A stretch of 64,000 nt of DNA from an uncultured bacterium (GTDB lineage: Bacteria > Abyssobacteria > SURF-5 > CBDUXP01): assembly GCA_965371225.1 (NCBI GenBank), contig CBDUXP010000003.1, positions 73,840 to 137,839 on the forward strand, in the 5' to 3' direction. Below the pieces are notes generated by a model. That model did not search any database and was not told the origin of the DNA. It worked only from the letters and a program-made list of their open reading frames with translations. Made by a program: the position numbers and the translations under genes. Shown piece after piece: positions 35,812 to 45,390 of this stretch. The number at the start of each line of letters is the position of its first letter. Position 1 is the stretch's first letter.

Positions 35812-36780
35812 ATGGCGAACGGTCGTGAGGCGTTACGGACGCCGTTCTGTGAGATGGTGGGTATTGAAGTCCCGATTGTGCTGGCGGGGATGGGCGGCGT
35901 GTCGTGGCCGGATATTGTGGCGGCGGTCTCGAACGCGGGCGGCCTCGGGGTTTACGGCGCGGCGGGCCTGAGCCCGAAGCAGATCCGCGAACACATCCGC
36001 GAGATTAAGGACAAGACGGACAAGCCGTGGGCGCTGGACCTGTTGGTGCCGATCCCGGGCCTCTTCGATGAGCAGCTCGAGGTCATGTTCGATGAAGGGG
36101 TGCCGATCTTCCTGAGCGCGCTCGGCGTGCCGGCGGGGGTCATGGAGCCCGCGCGCCAGGCGGGCATGATCGTCGGCTCCATGGTCGGCGCCGTGCGCCA
36201 CGCGGAAAAGGTGCTGGCGGCGGACGTGGATTTCGTGGTCGCTCAAGGCACGGACGCCGGCGGCCATACGGGCAACATCGGCACCATGAGCCTCGTGCCG
36301 CAGGTGGTGCGCACGTGTGGGGACACGCCGGTGCTCGCGGCCGGGGGCATGGGCACGGGTGGCTCGCTGGTGGCGGCGCTTGCGCTTGGCGCGCAGGCCG
36401 CCGTGATGGGCACGCGGTTCATCGCCAGCAAGGAAGCGCACGCGCAGGAGACGTGGAAGCACAAGATCATCGAGGCGCGCGCGAACGACACTACCCTGAC
36501 CAAGTGCTACACGGGAAAGCAGCTCCGCACGCTGAACAATTCCTACGTGCAGTCGTGGGTCGGCCGCGAAGACGAGATCCAGCCGTTTCCCGCGCAAGCG
36601 ATGGTCTCGACCCAGGCAGGAGTCATGGACTTCTACGGCGTGACCGAGGATACGGACCGCGGGTGCCTGCCGACAGGCCAGGTCTGCGGCATTATTGATG
36701 AGATCAAGTCCGCCGCGGAGATCATCGAGGACGTGATTGCCGAAGCCCTCGACGTCCTCGGGCGGCTGCCGCGCCCGTAA
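35812..36780 (+). CDS. nitronate monooxygenase (NMO)/FabK-like FMN-dependent oxidoreductase
   Basis: PIVLAGMGGVS ... GGMGTGGSLVAALALGAQAAVMGTRF. An ATAGAAT -10-like element lies about 45 nt upstream. Confidence 0.7.
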   Translation: MANGREALRTPFCEMVGIEVPIVLAGMGGVSWPDIVAAVSNAGGLGVYGAAGLSPKQIREHIREIKDKTDKPWALDLLVPIPGLFDEQLEVMFDEGVPIFLSALGVPAGVMEPARQAGMIVGSMVGAVRHAEKVLAADVDFVVAQGTDAGGHTGNIGTMSLVPQVVRTCGDTPVLAAGGMGTGGSLVAALALGAQAAVMGTRFIASKEAHAQETWKHKIIEARANDTTLTKCYTGKQLRTLNNSYVQSWVGREDEIQPFPAQAMVSTQAGVMDFYGVTEDTDRGCLPTGQVCGIIDEIKSAAEIIEDVIAEALDVLGRLPRP

Positions 36781-36803
36781 GCCATTCACAGGGAGTGCAC
36801 GTC

Positions 36804-38060
36804 ATGCGTCAAGCCAAGTCTGTATCTGGGATCGTGCTGATGGGATGCCTGCTCGCGTACGCACCAGCGCGCGCGGCCCACGCCGGCAACACTGTCGTGG
36901 TGAAACCGGGCCCGAACGTGCAGGAAGAGCTGCAGGAAGCGCTCATCCTCGCCGAGCCGGGCACGGTCATTGAATTGGCGCAAGGCACGTTCCATTTCAC
37001 GCGCAGCCTCTCGCTTGACGTGGACCGCGTGACCGTGCGCGGCGCGGGGCTGGACCAGACTGTCCTGTCGTTCGCGCGGCAGGATGCGGGCAGCGAGGGG
37101 CTGTTGGTGACCAGCAACGGGGTGGTGCTGGAGAATTTCGCCATCGAGGACACGAAAGGCGACGCGATCAAGGCGAAGGGCGCGAAGGGCATTACGTTTC
37201 GCAACCTGCGCACCGAGTGGACGGGCGGGCCGAAGGAGTCGAACGGCGCCTACGGCCTGTACCCGGTCGAGAGCGAGGACGTGCTGATCGAAGGCTGCGT
37301 CTCCATCGGCGCGTCGGATGCGGGGCTCTACGTGGGCCAGTCGAAGAACATTATCGTGCGGTACTGCCGCGCGGAGTACAACGTCGCGGGGATCGAGATC
37401 GAGAACTCGCACGGTGCGGACGTGTACGAAAACTTCGTGACGAACAACACCGGCGGCATTCTGGTGTTCGACCTGCCGGACCTGCCCATGCAGGGCGGGC
37501 GGGACGTGCGCGTGTTCAACAACCTGGTGGTGAACAACAACCATCCGAACTTCGCGCCGGCGGGCAACATCGTGGCCGGGGTGCCACCGGGAACCGGCAT
37601 CATGCTCATGGCCAACGACAACGTGGAGATTTTCCAGAACATTTCACGGAACAACCAAACGGCCAATCTCTCGATTGTCAGCTACCTCTCCTCGGGCAAC
37701 GAGATCCAGGACCCAACCTACGATCCGTTTCCCGAAACGGTCCACGTGCACCACAACATCTTCGGCGCCGGTGGGGCGAAGCCGGCGGGCGATCTCGGCG
37801 AGGCCGCCGCTGCGATCCTCGGCAGCCCGCTGCCGGACATCGTGTGGGACGGCATCGTGAATCCGGCCCGGACCGTGGACGGGCGCTTGCCGAAATCGCT
37901 GCGGATTTGCATTCACGACAACGGGGACGCGACCTTTGGTAACTTCGACATGAGCGGCTACGCCAAGGGGCCGGAGCACGTACGGCCGAGCCGCGACCTG
38001 GCCGCCCACGCGGGCGCGCATCCGGCCGTGGCGCCCATCACGATCCCCGGGGCCGGATAG
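36804..38060 (+). CDS. secreted right-handed parallel beta-helix repeat protein (pectate-lyase-fold)
   Basis: Signal peptide MRQAKSVSGIVLMGCLLAYAPARAAHA. Repeated N-rich beta-helix rungs (VFNNLVVNNNHPNF, VTNNTGGILV, IFQNISRNNQTANL). Ribosome-binding site GGGAG. Confidence 0.55.
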   Translation: MRQAKSVSGIVLMGCLLAYAPARAAHAGNTVVVKPGPNVQEELQEALILAEPGTVIELAQGTFHFTRSLSLDVDRVTVRGAGLDQTVLSFARQDAGSEGLLVTSNGVVLENFAIEDTKGDAIKAKGAKGITFRNLRTEWTGGPKESNGAYGLYPVESEDVLIEGCVSIGASDAGLYVGQSKNIIVRYCRAEYNVAGIEIENSHGADVYENFVTNNTGGILVFDLPDLPMQGGRDVRVFNNLVVNNNHPNFAPAGNIVAGVPPGTGIMLMANDNVEIFQNISRNNQTANLSIVSYLSSGNEIQDPTYDPFPETVHVHHNIFGAGGAKPAGDLGEAAAAILGSPLPDIVWDGIVNPARTVDGRLPKSLRICIHDNGDATFGNFDMSGYAKGPEHVRPSRDLAAHAGAHPAVAPITIPGAG

Positions 38061-38111
38061 CGCACGTGACCCGAGTGTGCACCCCCGCCCTCCCGGCGGC
38101 ATAGACGACCC

Positions 38112-39221
38112 ATGCGCGTCGGCATTCCGAAAGAGATCAAGGCCGACGAGCACCGCGTGGCGATCACCCCATCGGGCGTAGCCGCGCTGACGGCGCACGG
38201 CCACACCGTGTTCGTCGAGGCGGGGGCGGGAGTGGGCAGCCACATTCCCGACGCGGCTTTTCGGGCCGCGGGCGGGTCGATCGTGCGGGACGCGGTCCGG
38301 GTGTGGGAGCGGGCGCAGCTCGTCCTGAAAGTCAAGGAACCGCTGCCGGCCGAGTACCCATTCCTGCGGCCCGGCTTGGTGCTGTTCACCTACCTGCATC
38401 TGGCCGCGTCCGAGAAGCTCACCCGCGCACTGCTGAAACGCAAGATTGTCGGCATCGCCTACGAAACCGTCCAACTGGACGACGGGACGCTGCCGCTGCT
38501 CGTGCCCATGTCCGAAGTGGCAGGCCGGCTGTCCATCCAGGCGGGGGCGAAGTCGCTCGAGCTGCGCGAGGGTGGCAAGGGGATTCTGCTGCCGGGGGTG
38601 AGTGGTGTGCGGCGGGGCCGCGTCACGATCCTGGGCGCCGGTGTGGTCGGCCTCAACGCGTGCGTCGTGGCCGTAGGCTTCGGCGCGGACGTGACGATCG
38701 TCGACATCAACCCGCTGCGCCTGTCGTACGTGCGCGACGTGGTGCAGGGGCACGTGACGACGCTCATGTCCAATTCGGCGAACATCGAAGCGGCGGTTGC
38801 GGACGCGGACCTGGTGATTGCCGGCGTGCTCATCCCCGGGGCCAAGGCGCCGAAGCTCCTCAACCGGCGATTGCTGCGCCAGATGGAGCCCGGGTCCGCG
38901 CTGGTGGACGTGGCGGTGGACCAAGGCGGGTGCTCGACCACCACGCGGCCCACCACGCACCACGATCCCCGCTACATCGTGGATCGCGTGGTGCACTACT
39001 GTGTGGCGAACATGCCGGGCGCGGTGCCGCAGACCTCGACGTATGCCCTGACGAATGCGACGTTGCATTACGCGCTCGCCATCGCGGACCAAGGTTGGGA
39101 AGCCGCCGTCGCAGCGGATCCCGCGCTCTTGCGGGGGGTGAATCTCGCCGACGGCCGCCTCACGTATCCGGCCGTGGCGGATGCATTCGGCATGGCCTGC
39201 GATCCACTGCAGTTCTCCTAA
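38112..39221 (+). CDS. ald: alanine dehydrogenase
   Basis: MRVGIPKEIKADEHRVAITPSGV ... Rossmann motif ILGAGVVGLNA ... : strong match to the AlaDH family. Confidence 0.8.
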   Translation: MRVGIPKEIKADEHRVAITPSGVAALTAHGHTVFVEAGAGVGSHIPDAAFRAAGGSIVRDAVRVWERAQLVLKVKEPLPAEYPFLRPGLVLFTYLHLAASEKLTRALLKRKIVGIAYETVQLDDGTLPLLVPMSEVAGRLSIQAGAKSLELREGGKGILLPGVSGVRRGRVTILGAGVVGLNACVVAVGFGADVTIVDINPLRLSYVRDVVQGHVTTLMSNSANIEAAVADADLVIAGVLIPGAKAPKLLNRRLLRQMEPGSALVDVAVDQGGCSTTTRPTTHHDPRYIVDRVVHYCVANMPGAVPQTSTYALTNATLHYALAIADQGWEAAVAADPALLRGVNLADGRLTYPAVADAFGMACDPLQFS

Positions 39222-39439
39222 CCGCTGACGCTTCGCATCTGACGAACTGGCCGCGCGCGCGGGCGCCGGCCCCCGATCCATCCGGGACAGAAGGACCAGT
39301 TTTCGCGGGCCCGGGGCCGCTGCGGTGGGCTGCGGTCTGACAGTGGCCCGCGCCGCTTGACCCCCCTGTTCCGGGGGTCTACCATGATTCGCTACCCTAG
39401 AAATGCGGTCGCGCGGGCCTATTGCGCGCGGGCACACGT

Positions 39440-42250
39440 ATGTCCCAACGATCGACGATCCAAACATCCGAGGCCGTCAACTATTCGGAGACGGTGCTGC
39501 TGCCGAAGACCCCGTTCCCCATGCGGGCGAACCTGCCCAAGCGGGAACCGGAGCGGCTCGCCGCCTGGCAGGCCGCGGATGTCTACGCACAAATTCGCGC
39601 CGCGCGCGCCGGTGCCCCACCGTACATCCTGCACGACGGGCCGCCGTACGCGAACGGCGACATTCATCTGGGCACGACGCTGAACAAGCTGCTCAAAGAT
39701 TTCGTCGTCAAATACCAGACCATGCGGGGCCGGGACGCGCCGTACGTTCCCGGGTACGACTGTCATGGGTTGCCGATCGAATTCAAGGTGCTGCAGGAGT
39801 TGGGGCCGAAGGCCGCCACCATGTCCAAGGCGGAGATTCGCGCCTTGTGCCGCGACTACGCGCTCTCGTTCGTCGACTCCATGAGCCGGGATTTCCAGCG
39901 CCTCGGGGTATTCGGGACCTGGGACGATCCCTACCTGACGTTGAGCCCGACTTACGAAGCCGCCATCGTGCAGGTGTTCGCCGAGATGTACCACAAGGGC
40001 TACATCGTGCGGGGGAAAAAACCCATCCTCTGGTGTTGTCAGTGCCGCACGGCCCTCGCGGAAGCGGAAGTGGAGTACGCGGAGCACACCTCCCCTTCCA
40101 TCTACGTGCGGTTTCCCGTGGTGCGCGGCTTCGACACGGTGCCGGGCGACGTCGGGATCGTAATTTGGACGACGACGCCGTGGACGCTCCCCGCCAACCG
40201 GGCCACAGCGGTACATCCCGACCACGAGTACGTTGTCGCGCGCGTGGGAGACGATCGGGTCATCATTGCCGACGCGTTGTTGCCGGCCTACGTCAGCGTT
40301 CTGGACACGACCGACTACGAAGTGCTCGCGCGCTTCCCGGGACGCGAGCTGGAAGGGGCCGTGTACCGGCATCCGCTGGCGGACCGCGAATGCCCAGTCA
40401 TCCTGGGGACGCACGTGACGCTGGAGCAGGGGACCGGGTGCGTGCACACGGCGCCCGGCCACGGGCAGGAGGACTTCGTGGTTGGCCTGCGCTACGGGTT
40501 AGACGTGTTCAGTCCCGTGAACGACGCAGGGTGCTTCACCGAAGACGTCCCCCAATGGGCCGGGATGTCCGTCTTCGACGCGAACGCGCCGATCGTGGAC
40601 GCGTTGCGCGAGTCGGGCGCCCTCGTACGAAGCGACACCCTGGAGCACAGTTACCCGCACTGCTGGCGTTGCAGCAATCCGGTCATCTTCCGGAGCACGC
40701 CGCAGTGGTTCATCAGCATGGATCACGACGGGCTGCGCGCGTCCGCGCTCGACGCGGCACAGGAAGTGAAATGGATTCCCCCGTCGGCGCGAGAACGCTT
40801 CAGCAACACCCTCGCGCAGCGGCCGGATTGGTGCATCAGCCGCCAGCGGGCGTGGGGGGTGCCCATTCCCGTGTTCTACTGCGCGGATTGCGGTGAGGTG
40901 GTGTTCGATGAGCGCATTAGCGCACACGTGATCGAACTCGTGAGGCAACACGGCGCCGACGTGTGGTTCACCCGCGAACTGACCGCGCTGATGCCCGAGG
41001 GCACGCGCTGCCCGGGGTGCGGCAGTGCGCAACTCACCAAAGAGGAAGACATCCTCGATGTGTGGTTCGAAAGCGGGGTGAGTCACCGCGCGGTGCTCGA
41101 GACGCGCGAGGAGTTGCAGTATCCGGCGGACCTGTACCTGGAAGGCAGCGACCAGCACCGCGGCTGGTTCCAGTCCTCCTTGGTGCCGGCCATGGCCACG
41201 CGCGCGCGATCGCCGTACCGGGCGGTGCTTACACACGGGTACGTGGTGGCGGCGGATGGCCGGAAGATGTCCAAGTCCCTCGGGAACAACATCCTGCCGA
41301 GCAAGGTGCTCAAGAAGTACGGAGCGGACATCCTGCGCTTGTGGGTGGCCAGCGAAAATTTTCGGGGCGACATCCGCATCAGCGATGAAATCCTGCAACG
41401 CAACGCGGATACGTATCGGAATCTCCGCAACACGTTCCGCTTCCTGCTCGGCAACGTCGCGGACTACGACCCGGCGGCGCATCCGCTGCGTCTGGAAGAC
41501 TGCGACGACCTGGACCGGTACATCCTGCACCGGTTGCACGACATGTGCGGCGGCGTGACGGGCAGTTATGAGGATTTCGAGTACCATCTGGCCTTGCAGC
41601 AGTTGAAAAGGTTCTGCAGCATCGATCTGAGCAATCTCTATCTCGATGTGCGGAAGGATCGGCTGTACTGCGAACCGGCCGACGAGCCGGCACGGCGCGC
41701 TACCCGGGCCGTGATGTACCGCGCGCTTCACACGCTGGCGCGCCTGGCAGCGCCCATCTTGGCCTACACCGCGGACGAAGTCTGGCATCTCGTGCCCGGC
41801 ACGGATGGCACCAGCGTGCACTTGGCTGCCTGGCCGGAGCCGGACTCGGCGTGGCGCGATCCGGACCTCGCCGCGGAGTGGGTGCGCATTCTCGGGGTGC
41901 GCGAGGCGGTGCTCGCCGCCTTGGAAGGGCCGCGGGCGGCGAAGAAGATTGGCTCCGGCCTCGAAGCGGCCGTGACCGTAACCATTGCCGACGCGGAGAG
42001 GCGCAGTGCGGTTGAGGCGCTCGGCGCCGACTTCGCCGCCGTGTGCATTGTCTCGGCGGCGACCGTGGTGGCGACCCCACCGGACACCCCCGGGACGCTG
42101 CACCGCACGGTCGGGGATGGGGTGACGGTTGACGTGGCGCGGGCGCGCGGGGCAAAGTGCGGTAGATGTTGGCGGTATCTGGAATCGGTCGGTGCGCATC
42201 CGGCGCACCCGGTGCTCTGCGACCGTTGCATCGCAGTGGTGGGGGCCTGA
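39440..42250 (+). CDS. ileS: isoleucine--tRNA ligase
   Basis: HIGH motif (PYANGDIHLGT), KMSKS motif (KMSKSLGN), C-terminal zinc cysteines, 937 aa. Confidence 0.9.
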   Translation: MSQRSTIQTSEAVNYSETVLLPKTPFPMRANLPKREPERLAAWQAADVYAQIRAARAGAPPYILHDGPPYANGDIHLGTTLNKLLKDFVVKYQTMRGRDAPYVPGYDCHGLPIEFKVLQELGPKAATMSKAEIRALCRDYALSFVDSMSRDFQRLGVFGTWDDPYLTLSPTYEAAIVQVFAEMYHKGYIVRGKKPILWCCQCRTALAEAEVEYAEHTSPSIYVRFPVVRGFDTVPGDVGIVIWTTTPWTLPANRATAVHPDHEYVVARVGDDRVIIADALLPAYVSVLDTTDYEVLARFPGRELEGAVYRHPLADRECPVILGTHVTLEQGTGCVHTAPGHGQEDFVVGLRYGLDVFSPVNDAGCFTEDVPQWAGMSVFDANAPIVDALRESGALVRSDTLEHSYPHCWRCSNPVIFRSTPQWFISMDHDGLRASALDAAQEVKWIPPSARERFSNTLAQRPDWCISRQRAWGVPIPVFYCADCGEVVFDERISAHVIELVRQHGADVWFTRELTALMPEGTRCPGCGSAQLTKEEDILDVWFESGVSHRAVLETREELQYPADLYLEGSDQHRGWFQSSLVPAMATRARSPYRAVLTHGYVVAADGRKMSKSLGNNILPSKVLKKYGADILRLWVASENFRGDIRISDEILQRNADTYRNLRNTFRFLLGNVADYDPAAHPLRLEDCDDLDRYILHRLHDMCGGVTGSYEDFEYHLALQQLKRFCSIDLSNLYLDVRKDRLYCEPADEPARRATRAVMYRALHTLARLAAPILAYTADEVWHLVPGTDGTSVHLAAWPEPDSAWRDPDLAAEWVRILGVREAVLAALEGPRAAKKIGSGLEAAVTVTIADAERRSAVEALGADFAAVCIVSAATVVATPPDTPGTLHRTVGDGVTVDVARARGAKCGRCWRYLESVGAHPAHPVLCDRCIAVVGA

Positions 42251-42260
42251 AGAGGTAAGC

Positions 42261-43007
42261 ATGGCGAAGCGCTCGACGACAAAATCCTCCAAATCCAAAT
42301 CCGGTGGCACGCGGAGCACGACCTCCAAGACCTCCCGACCGAAGGCCAAGGCGAAGCCCAAGGCGAAGAGCACGACGACCAGCCGGAAGAAGGGGACGGG
42401 TGCCACCAAGGGGACCGCGAAGAAAGCCGCGACCACGAAGGCGGGAACAAAGAAAACCGCGACCAAGTCCCCCGCAAAGCGGAAAGCCAGCGGATCGAAG
42501 GTTCGGAGGCCGACCCTCGCCACCAAGAAGGCCGACAGCGCGGCAGCAGCGGCCCTGGCGACGGCGCCGCCCCCCGACCCCGCGGCGGACCTGGGCCTGA
42601 CGCCACTGGCGGAGGAAAAACTCCCCCCGGTGAAATTCGGCAAACGTGACCTGGCCGAAATTGAAAAAGCGCTGCATCGAGTTCGCGACCAGTTAGCGCA
42701 GGATGTGGACGCCATCACGCAGAACAACCTCACGCATTCCGGGCGCGAGATGTCAGGGGACTTGAGCGGGTACGGCTTCCACATGGCCGATGTGGCTACG
42801 GACAACTTCGCCCGCGAGATGGAACTCAACATCGCTACGGGCGAAACCGATCGGCTCCGGCTGCTCGAGGAAGCGCGCGACCGGCTGCAGGATGGCACGT
42901 TCGGCCGATGCCAGGTGTGCGCCGAACCGATCAACGTGGCTCGCTTGAAGGTGATTCCCTACGCGCGCCTGTGCATCCGCTGCGCCGAGGAGGCTGAGCG
43001 GCCCTGA
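42261..43007 (+). CDS. DksA/TraR-family C4 zinc-finger protein with an N-terminal lysine/alanine/threonine-rich histone-H1-like tail
   Basis: C-terminal CQVCAEPI ... CIRC zinc finger and coiled-coil DksA-like region. The N-terminal ~100 aa is low complexity (KAKAKPKAKSTTTSRKKGTGATKGTAKKAATTKAGTKK). It sits between ileS and lspA. Confidence 0.6.
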   Translation: MAKRSTTKSSKSKSGGTRSTTSKTSRPKAKAKPKAKSTTTSRKKGTGATKGTAKKAATTKAGTKKTATKSPAKRKASGSKVRRPTLATKKADSAAAAALATAPPPDPAADLGLTPLAEEKLPPVKFGKRDLAEIEKALHRVRDQLAQDVDAITQNNLTHSGREMSGDLSGYGFHMADVATDNFAREMELNIATGETDRLRLLEEARDRLQDGTFGRCQVCAEPINVARLKVIPYARLCIRCAEEAERP

Positions 43008-43024
43008 GCGAGGCACGGGCCCCG

Positions 43025-43537
43025 ATGGCGCCTTCGCGTTCCCCCCACGGCTGGTGGCTCCTGGTCGGCATTGTCGCCGGGGGCGTGCTGCTGGATCAGG
43101 TGACGAAGGGGCTGGTCCGCGCCCATATTCCCCCGGGCGACGCCTTGACCGTCATCCCGGGGTGTTTCGATCTGGTCCACGGGCAGAACACGGGGATTGT
43201 GTTTGGCTTGTTTCGTGCCGTGCCCGGCTTGTTCAAGGTGCTCAACCTTCTGACCGTCCCCCTCCTGCTGTGGGGCTACGTGGCGCTGCCGCTAACCCGC
43301 GGGGGGCAGGTGGCGTGGAGTGCCATCATCGCCGGAGCCGTGGGCAACTCCATCGACCGCGTGGCGATCGGCCACGTGACGGACTTCATCGATTGGTACC
43401 TGGGGTCGTACCATTGGTACGCTTTCAACGTCGCGGACGCCTGCATCCTGGTCGGCGTGATCGCCATCATCGGCTTCAACCTGCTGCTGCCAACTCCCGT
43501 TCCGCCCGCGTCTTCCGATGTTTCCGATCCTGTTTGA
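43025..43537 (+). CDS. lspA: lipoprotein signal peptidase (signal peptidase II)
   Basis: VIPGCFDLVHGQNTGIVFGLF ... NSIDR ... FNVADACI. Classic ileS-lspA linkage. Confidence 0.8.
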   Translation: MAPSRSPHGWWLLVGIVAGGVLLDQVTKGLVRAHIPPGDALTVIPGCFDLVHGQNTGIVFGLFRAVPGLFKVLNLLTVPLLLWGYVALPLTRGGQVAWSAIIAGAVGNSIDRVAIGHVTDFIDWYLGSYHWYAFNVADACILVGVIAIIGFNLLLPTPVPPASSDVSDPV

Positions 43538-44285
43538 ACTGGGGCGCTTCCCCGTGCGCAGCTACGGCGTCATGCTGGCGCTGGCTTTCCTCGCGGGCAT
43601 CGCGCTGGCGCGGCGGGATGCGCCACGCATTGGCGTAGACCCGGACGCCATCTCCGACCTGGGCGTGTGGGTCATCCTCTCCGCGATCGTGGGGTCGCGG
43701 GTGTTCTACATCCTGTTCTACAGCTGGGACACGGTGGTGCAGGATCCCTTGGAGGCCCTGAAGCTGTGGCATGGCGGCCTCGTGTTCTACGGGGGACTTG
43801 TCGGTGCCGTGGCGGCCAGCGCCGTGTTTCTCTGGCGCCGCGGGCTCCCCGTCATGACCGTGGTGGACCTCAGCGCGCCCGCGATCGCCCTGGGCCAAGG
43901 CATCGGGCGGCTCGGCTGTTTTCTCAACGGCTGCTGCTACGGGGTGGTGTGCGAGTTGCCGGTGGGCGTCACGTTCCCGTCGCCCCCCCCCCCCCATCCC
44001 GTCCATCCCACGCAGCTGTATGAGGCCGCCGCCCAATTGTGCTGGGCGGCCGTGCTCTGGCGGCTGCGCACCCGGCTCCCGCAGCCCGGCGCGATGATCT
44101 CACTCTACGTGTTGACGTACGCCGCCAGCCGATTTGTTATTGAGTTCGTGCGCGGAGACGGCAACCCCATGTACGGGGCCCTCAGCTTGTCCCAGTGGAT
44201 CAGTGTCGTGGCGGTGGTGGGGGTGGGGTGCGCCTGGCTGGTGTACGTCAGCCGGCGCCGGGCCGCCGCGTCGGTCCAGGGGTAG
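43518..44285 (+). CDS. lgt: prolipoprotein diacylglyceryl transferase
   Basis: YGVMLALAFLAG ... HGGLVFYGGLVG ... GRLGCFLNGCCYG. Overlaps lspA by 20 nt. Confidence 0.8.
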   Translation: MFPILFELGRFPVRSYGVMLALAFLAGIALARRDAPRIGVDPDAISDLGVWVILSAIVGSRVFYILFYSWDTVVQDPLEALKLWHGGLVFYGGLVGAVAASAVFLWRRGLPVMTVVDLSAPAIALGQGIGRLGCFLNGCCYGVVCELPVGVTFPSPPPPHPVHPTQLYEAAAQLCWAAVLWRLRTRLPQPGAMISLYVLTYAASRFVIEFVRGDGNPMYGALSLSQWISVVAVVGVGCAWLVYVSRRRAAASVQG

Positions 44286-44294
44286 CGGCCGCCC

Positions 44295-45149
44295 TCAGGA
44301 CACCACGTACAAGTAGCGGGTGCAGGACGGGCAGGTGGCGAGGCGCTCGGTGGCCCGCAGCTCCTGGGCGTAGGCGGTCGAAAACTGCATGTAACATCCC
44401 TGACAGATGCCCGCTTCGGAGGCGACAATTGCCAGGCCGCCTCGCCGCCGCAGCTTTTCATAGTGGCGGCGCACGCGCTCTGAAATGCAGGAGCGGACGT
44501 GGGCGATGCGCTCTTCCAATGCGGCGTTGGATCGGGAGCCCGCCGGCCGCTGATCCTCCAACCGCTGCAGCCGGATGAGCCGGGACACCTCCGGACTGAG
44601 CGCCGTCGGCGGAAGGACACTGCTCGCCGGGGAGGCGCGGTCGTCCAGGGTGGGATTCTCTGAGTACTGATCCGCGGCAGTCAAGAGTTCGTCCAGGAGA
44701 CGATCGGCCGGGGCATGCAGGATGCGGTCCGCCAGACCGTCATGCAGCAGCATCCGCGTCAGGGTGCTGATGATAAACAGATACCGCGCCGCTTCCTTCG
44801 GCGGGTACAGGATGAGGAAGACCAGGTGCACGGGCGCCCGGTCGATGCTGTCGAAATCCAGGCCGTCCTTGTGGCGCCCGAGGGCGCACACGATACGTTT
44901 CAACGCGGGGATGCGCGCGTGGGGGATGGCCACGGCATGTCCGATCCCGGTGGAATCCAGGGCTTCCCGCTCCAAGACGCGCTCCGCGATCATCTCCCCA
45001 TCCGGGAGGCGCCGGTAGCGCTTGACGGTGGTAATGAGCTGCTGAATCGCGTCGAGTTTATTGTCGCAGGTGAGGTCGGGCAGGATCGAACTGGCAGTGA
45101 AATACTCGCCGAAATTCATGGAGGAAAGTGTGCGCGTCGTAGAACTCAT
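44295..45149 (-). CDS. PtsN-like PTS EIIA(Ntr) domain fused to a C-terminal COG1579-type C4 zinc-ribbon domain
   Basis: EIIA domain with the phosphorylatable His motif (GIGHAVAIPHAR). The C-terminus (RRGGLAIVASEAGICQGCYMQFS ... CPSCTRYLYVV) has the spacing and residues of the zf-RING_7/COG1579 zinc ribbon. Start taken at MSSTTRTL. Confidence 0.55.
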   Translation of the reverse strand: MSSTTRTLSSMNFGEYFTASSILPDLTCDNKLDAIQQLITTVKRYRRLPDGEMIAERVLEREALDSTGIGHAVAIPHARIPALKRIVCALGRHKDGLDFDSIDRAPVHLVFLILYPPKEAARYLFIISTLTRMLLHDGLADRILHAPADRLLDELLTAADQYSENPTLDDRASPASSVLPPTALSPEVSRLIRLQRLEDQRPAGSRSNAALEERIAHVRSCISERVRRHYEKLRRRGGLAIVASEAGICQGCYMQFSTAYAQELRATERLATCPSCTRYLYVVS

Positions 45150-45390
45150 GGCCCGCCGTGGATGGGTCGAGCGTGATCCAGCCTCTTCACTATACCGCGA
45201 GTTGACGCGGTGCGGCAGAGGCGCCGAATTATATGGTGTCCGCCACTGGCTCCTCAAGCCCCTCATGGGGCTCCCACGGGCGGCAATTCGATGGACCACG
45301 CTGGATAGTGCCTGTTTCAGCACTAGTCAATTTTTGCCGATTCGTGGTAGCATTACTTTCAGCAGAATTGCAGACTCTGGCGGTAACACG

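Noticed and set aside
39222-39439. T-box riboswitch upstream of ileS
   Set aside because: No AGGGTGGNACCGCG core or specifier-loop architecture is visible by eye. Kept only as a hairpin/promoter observation.
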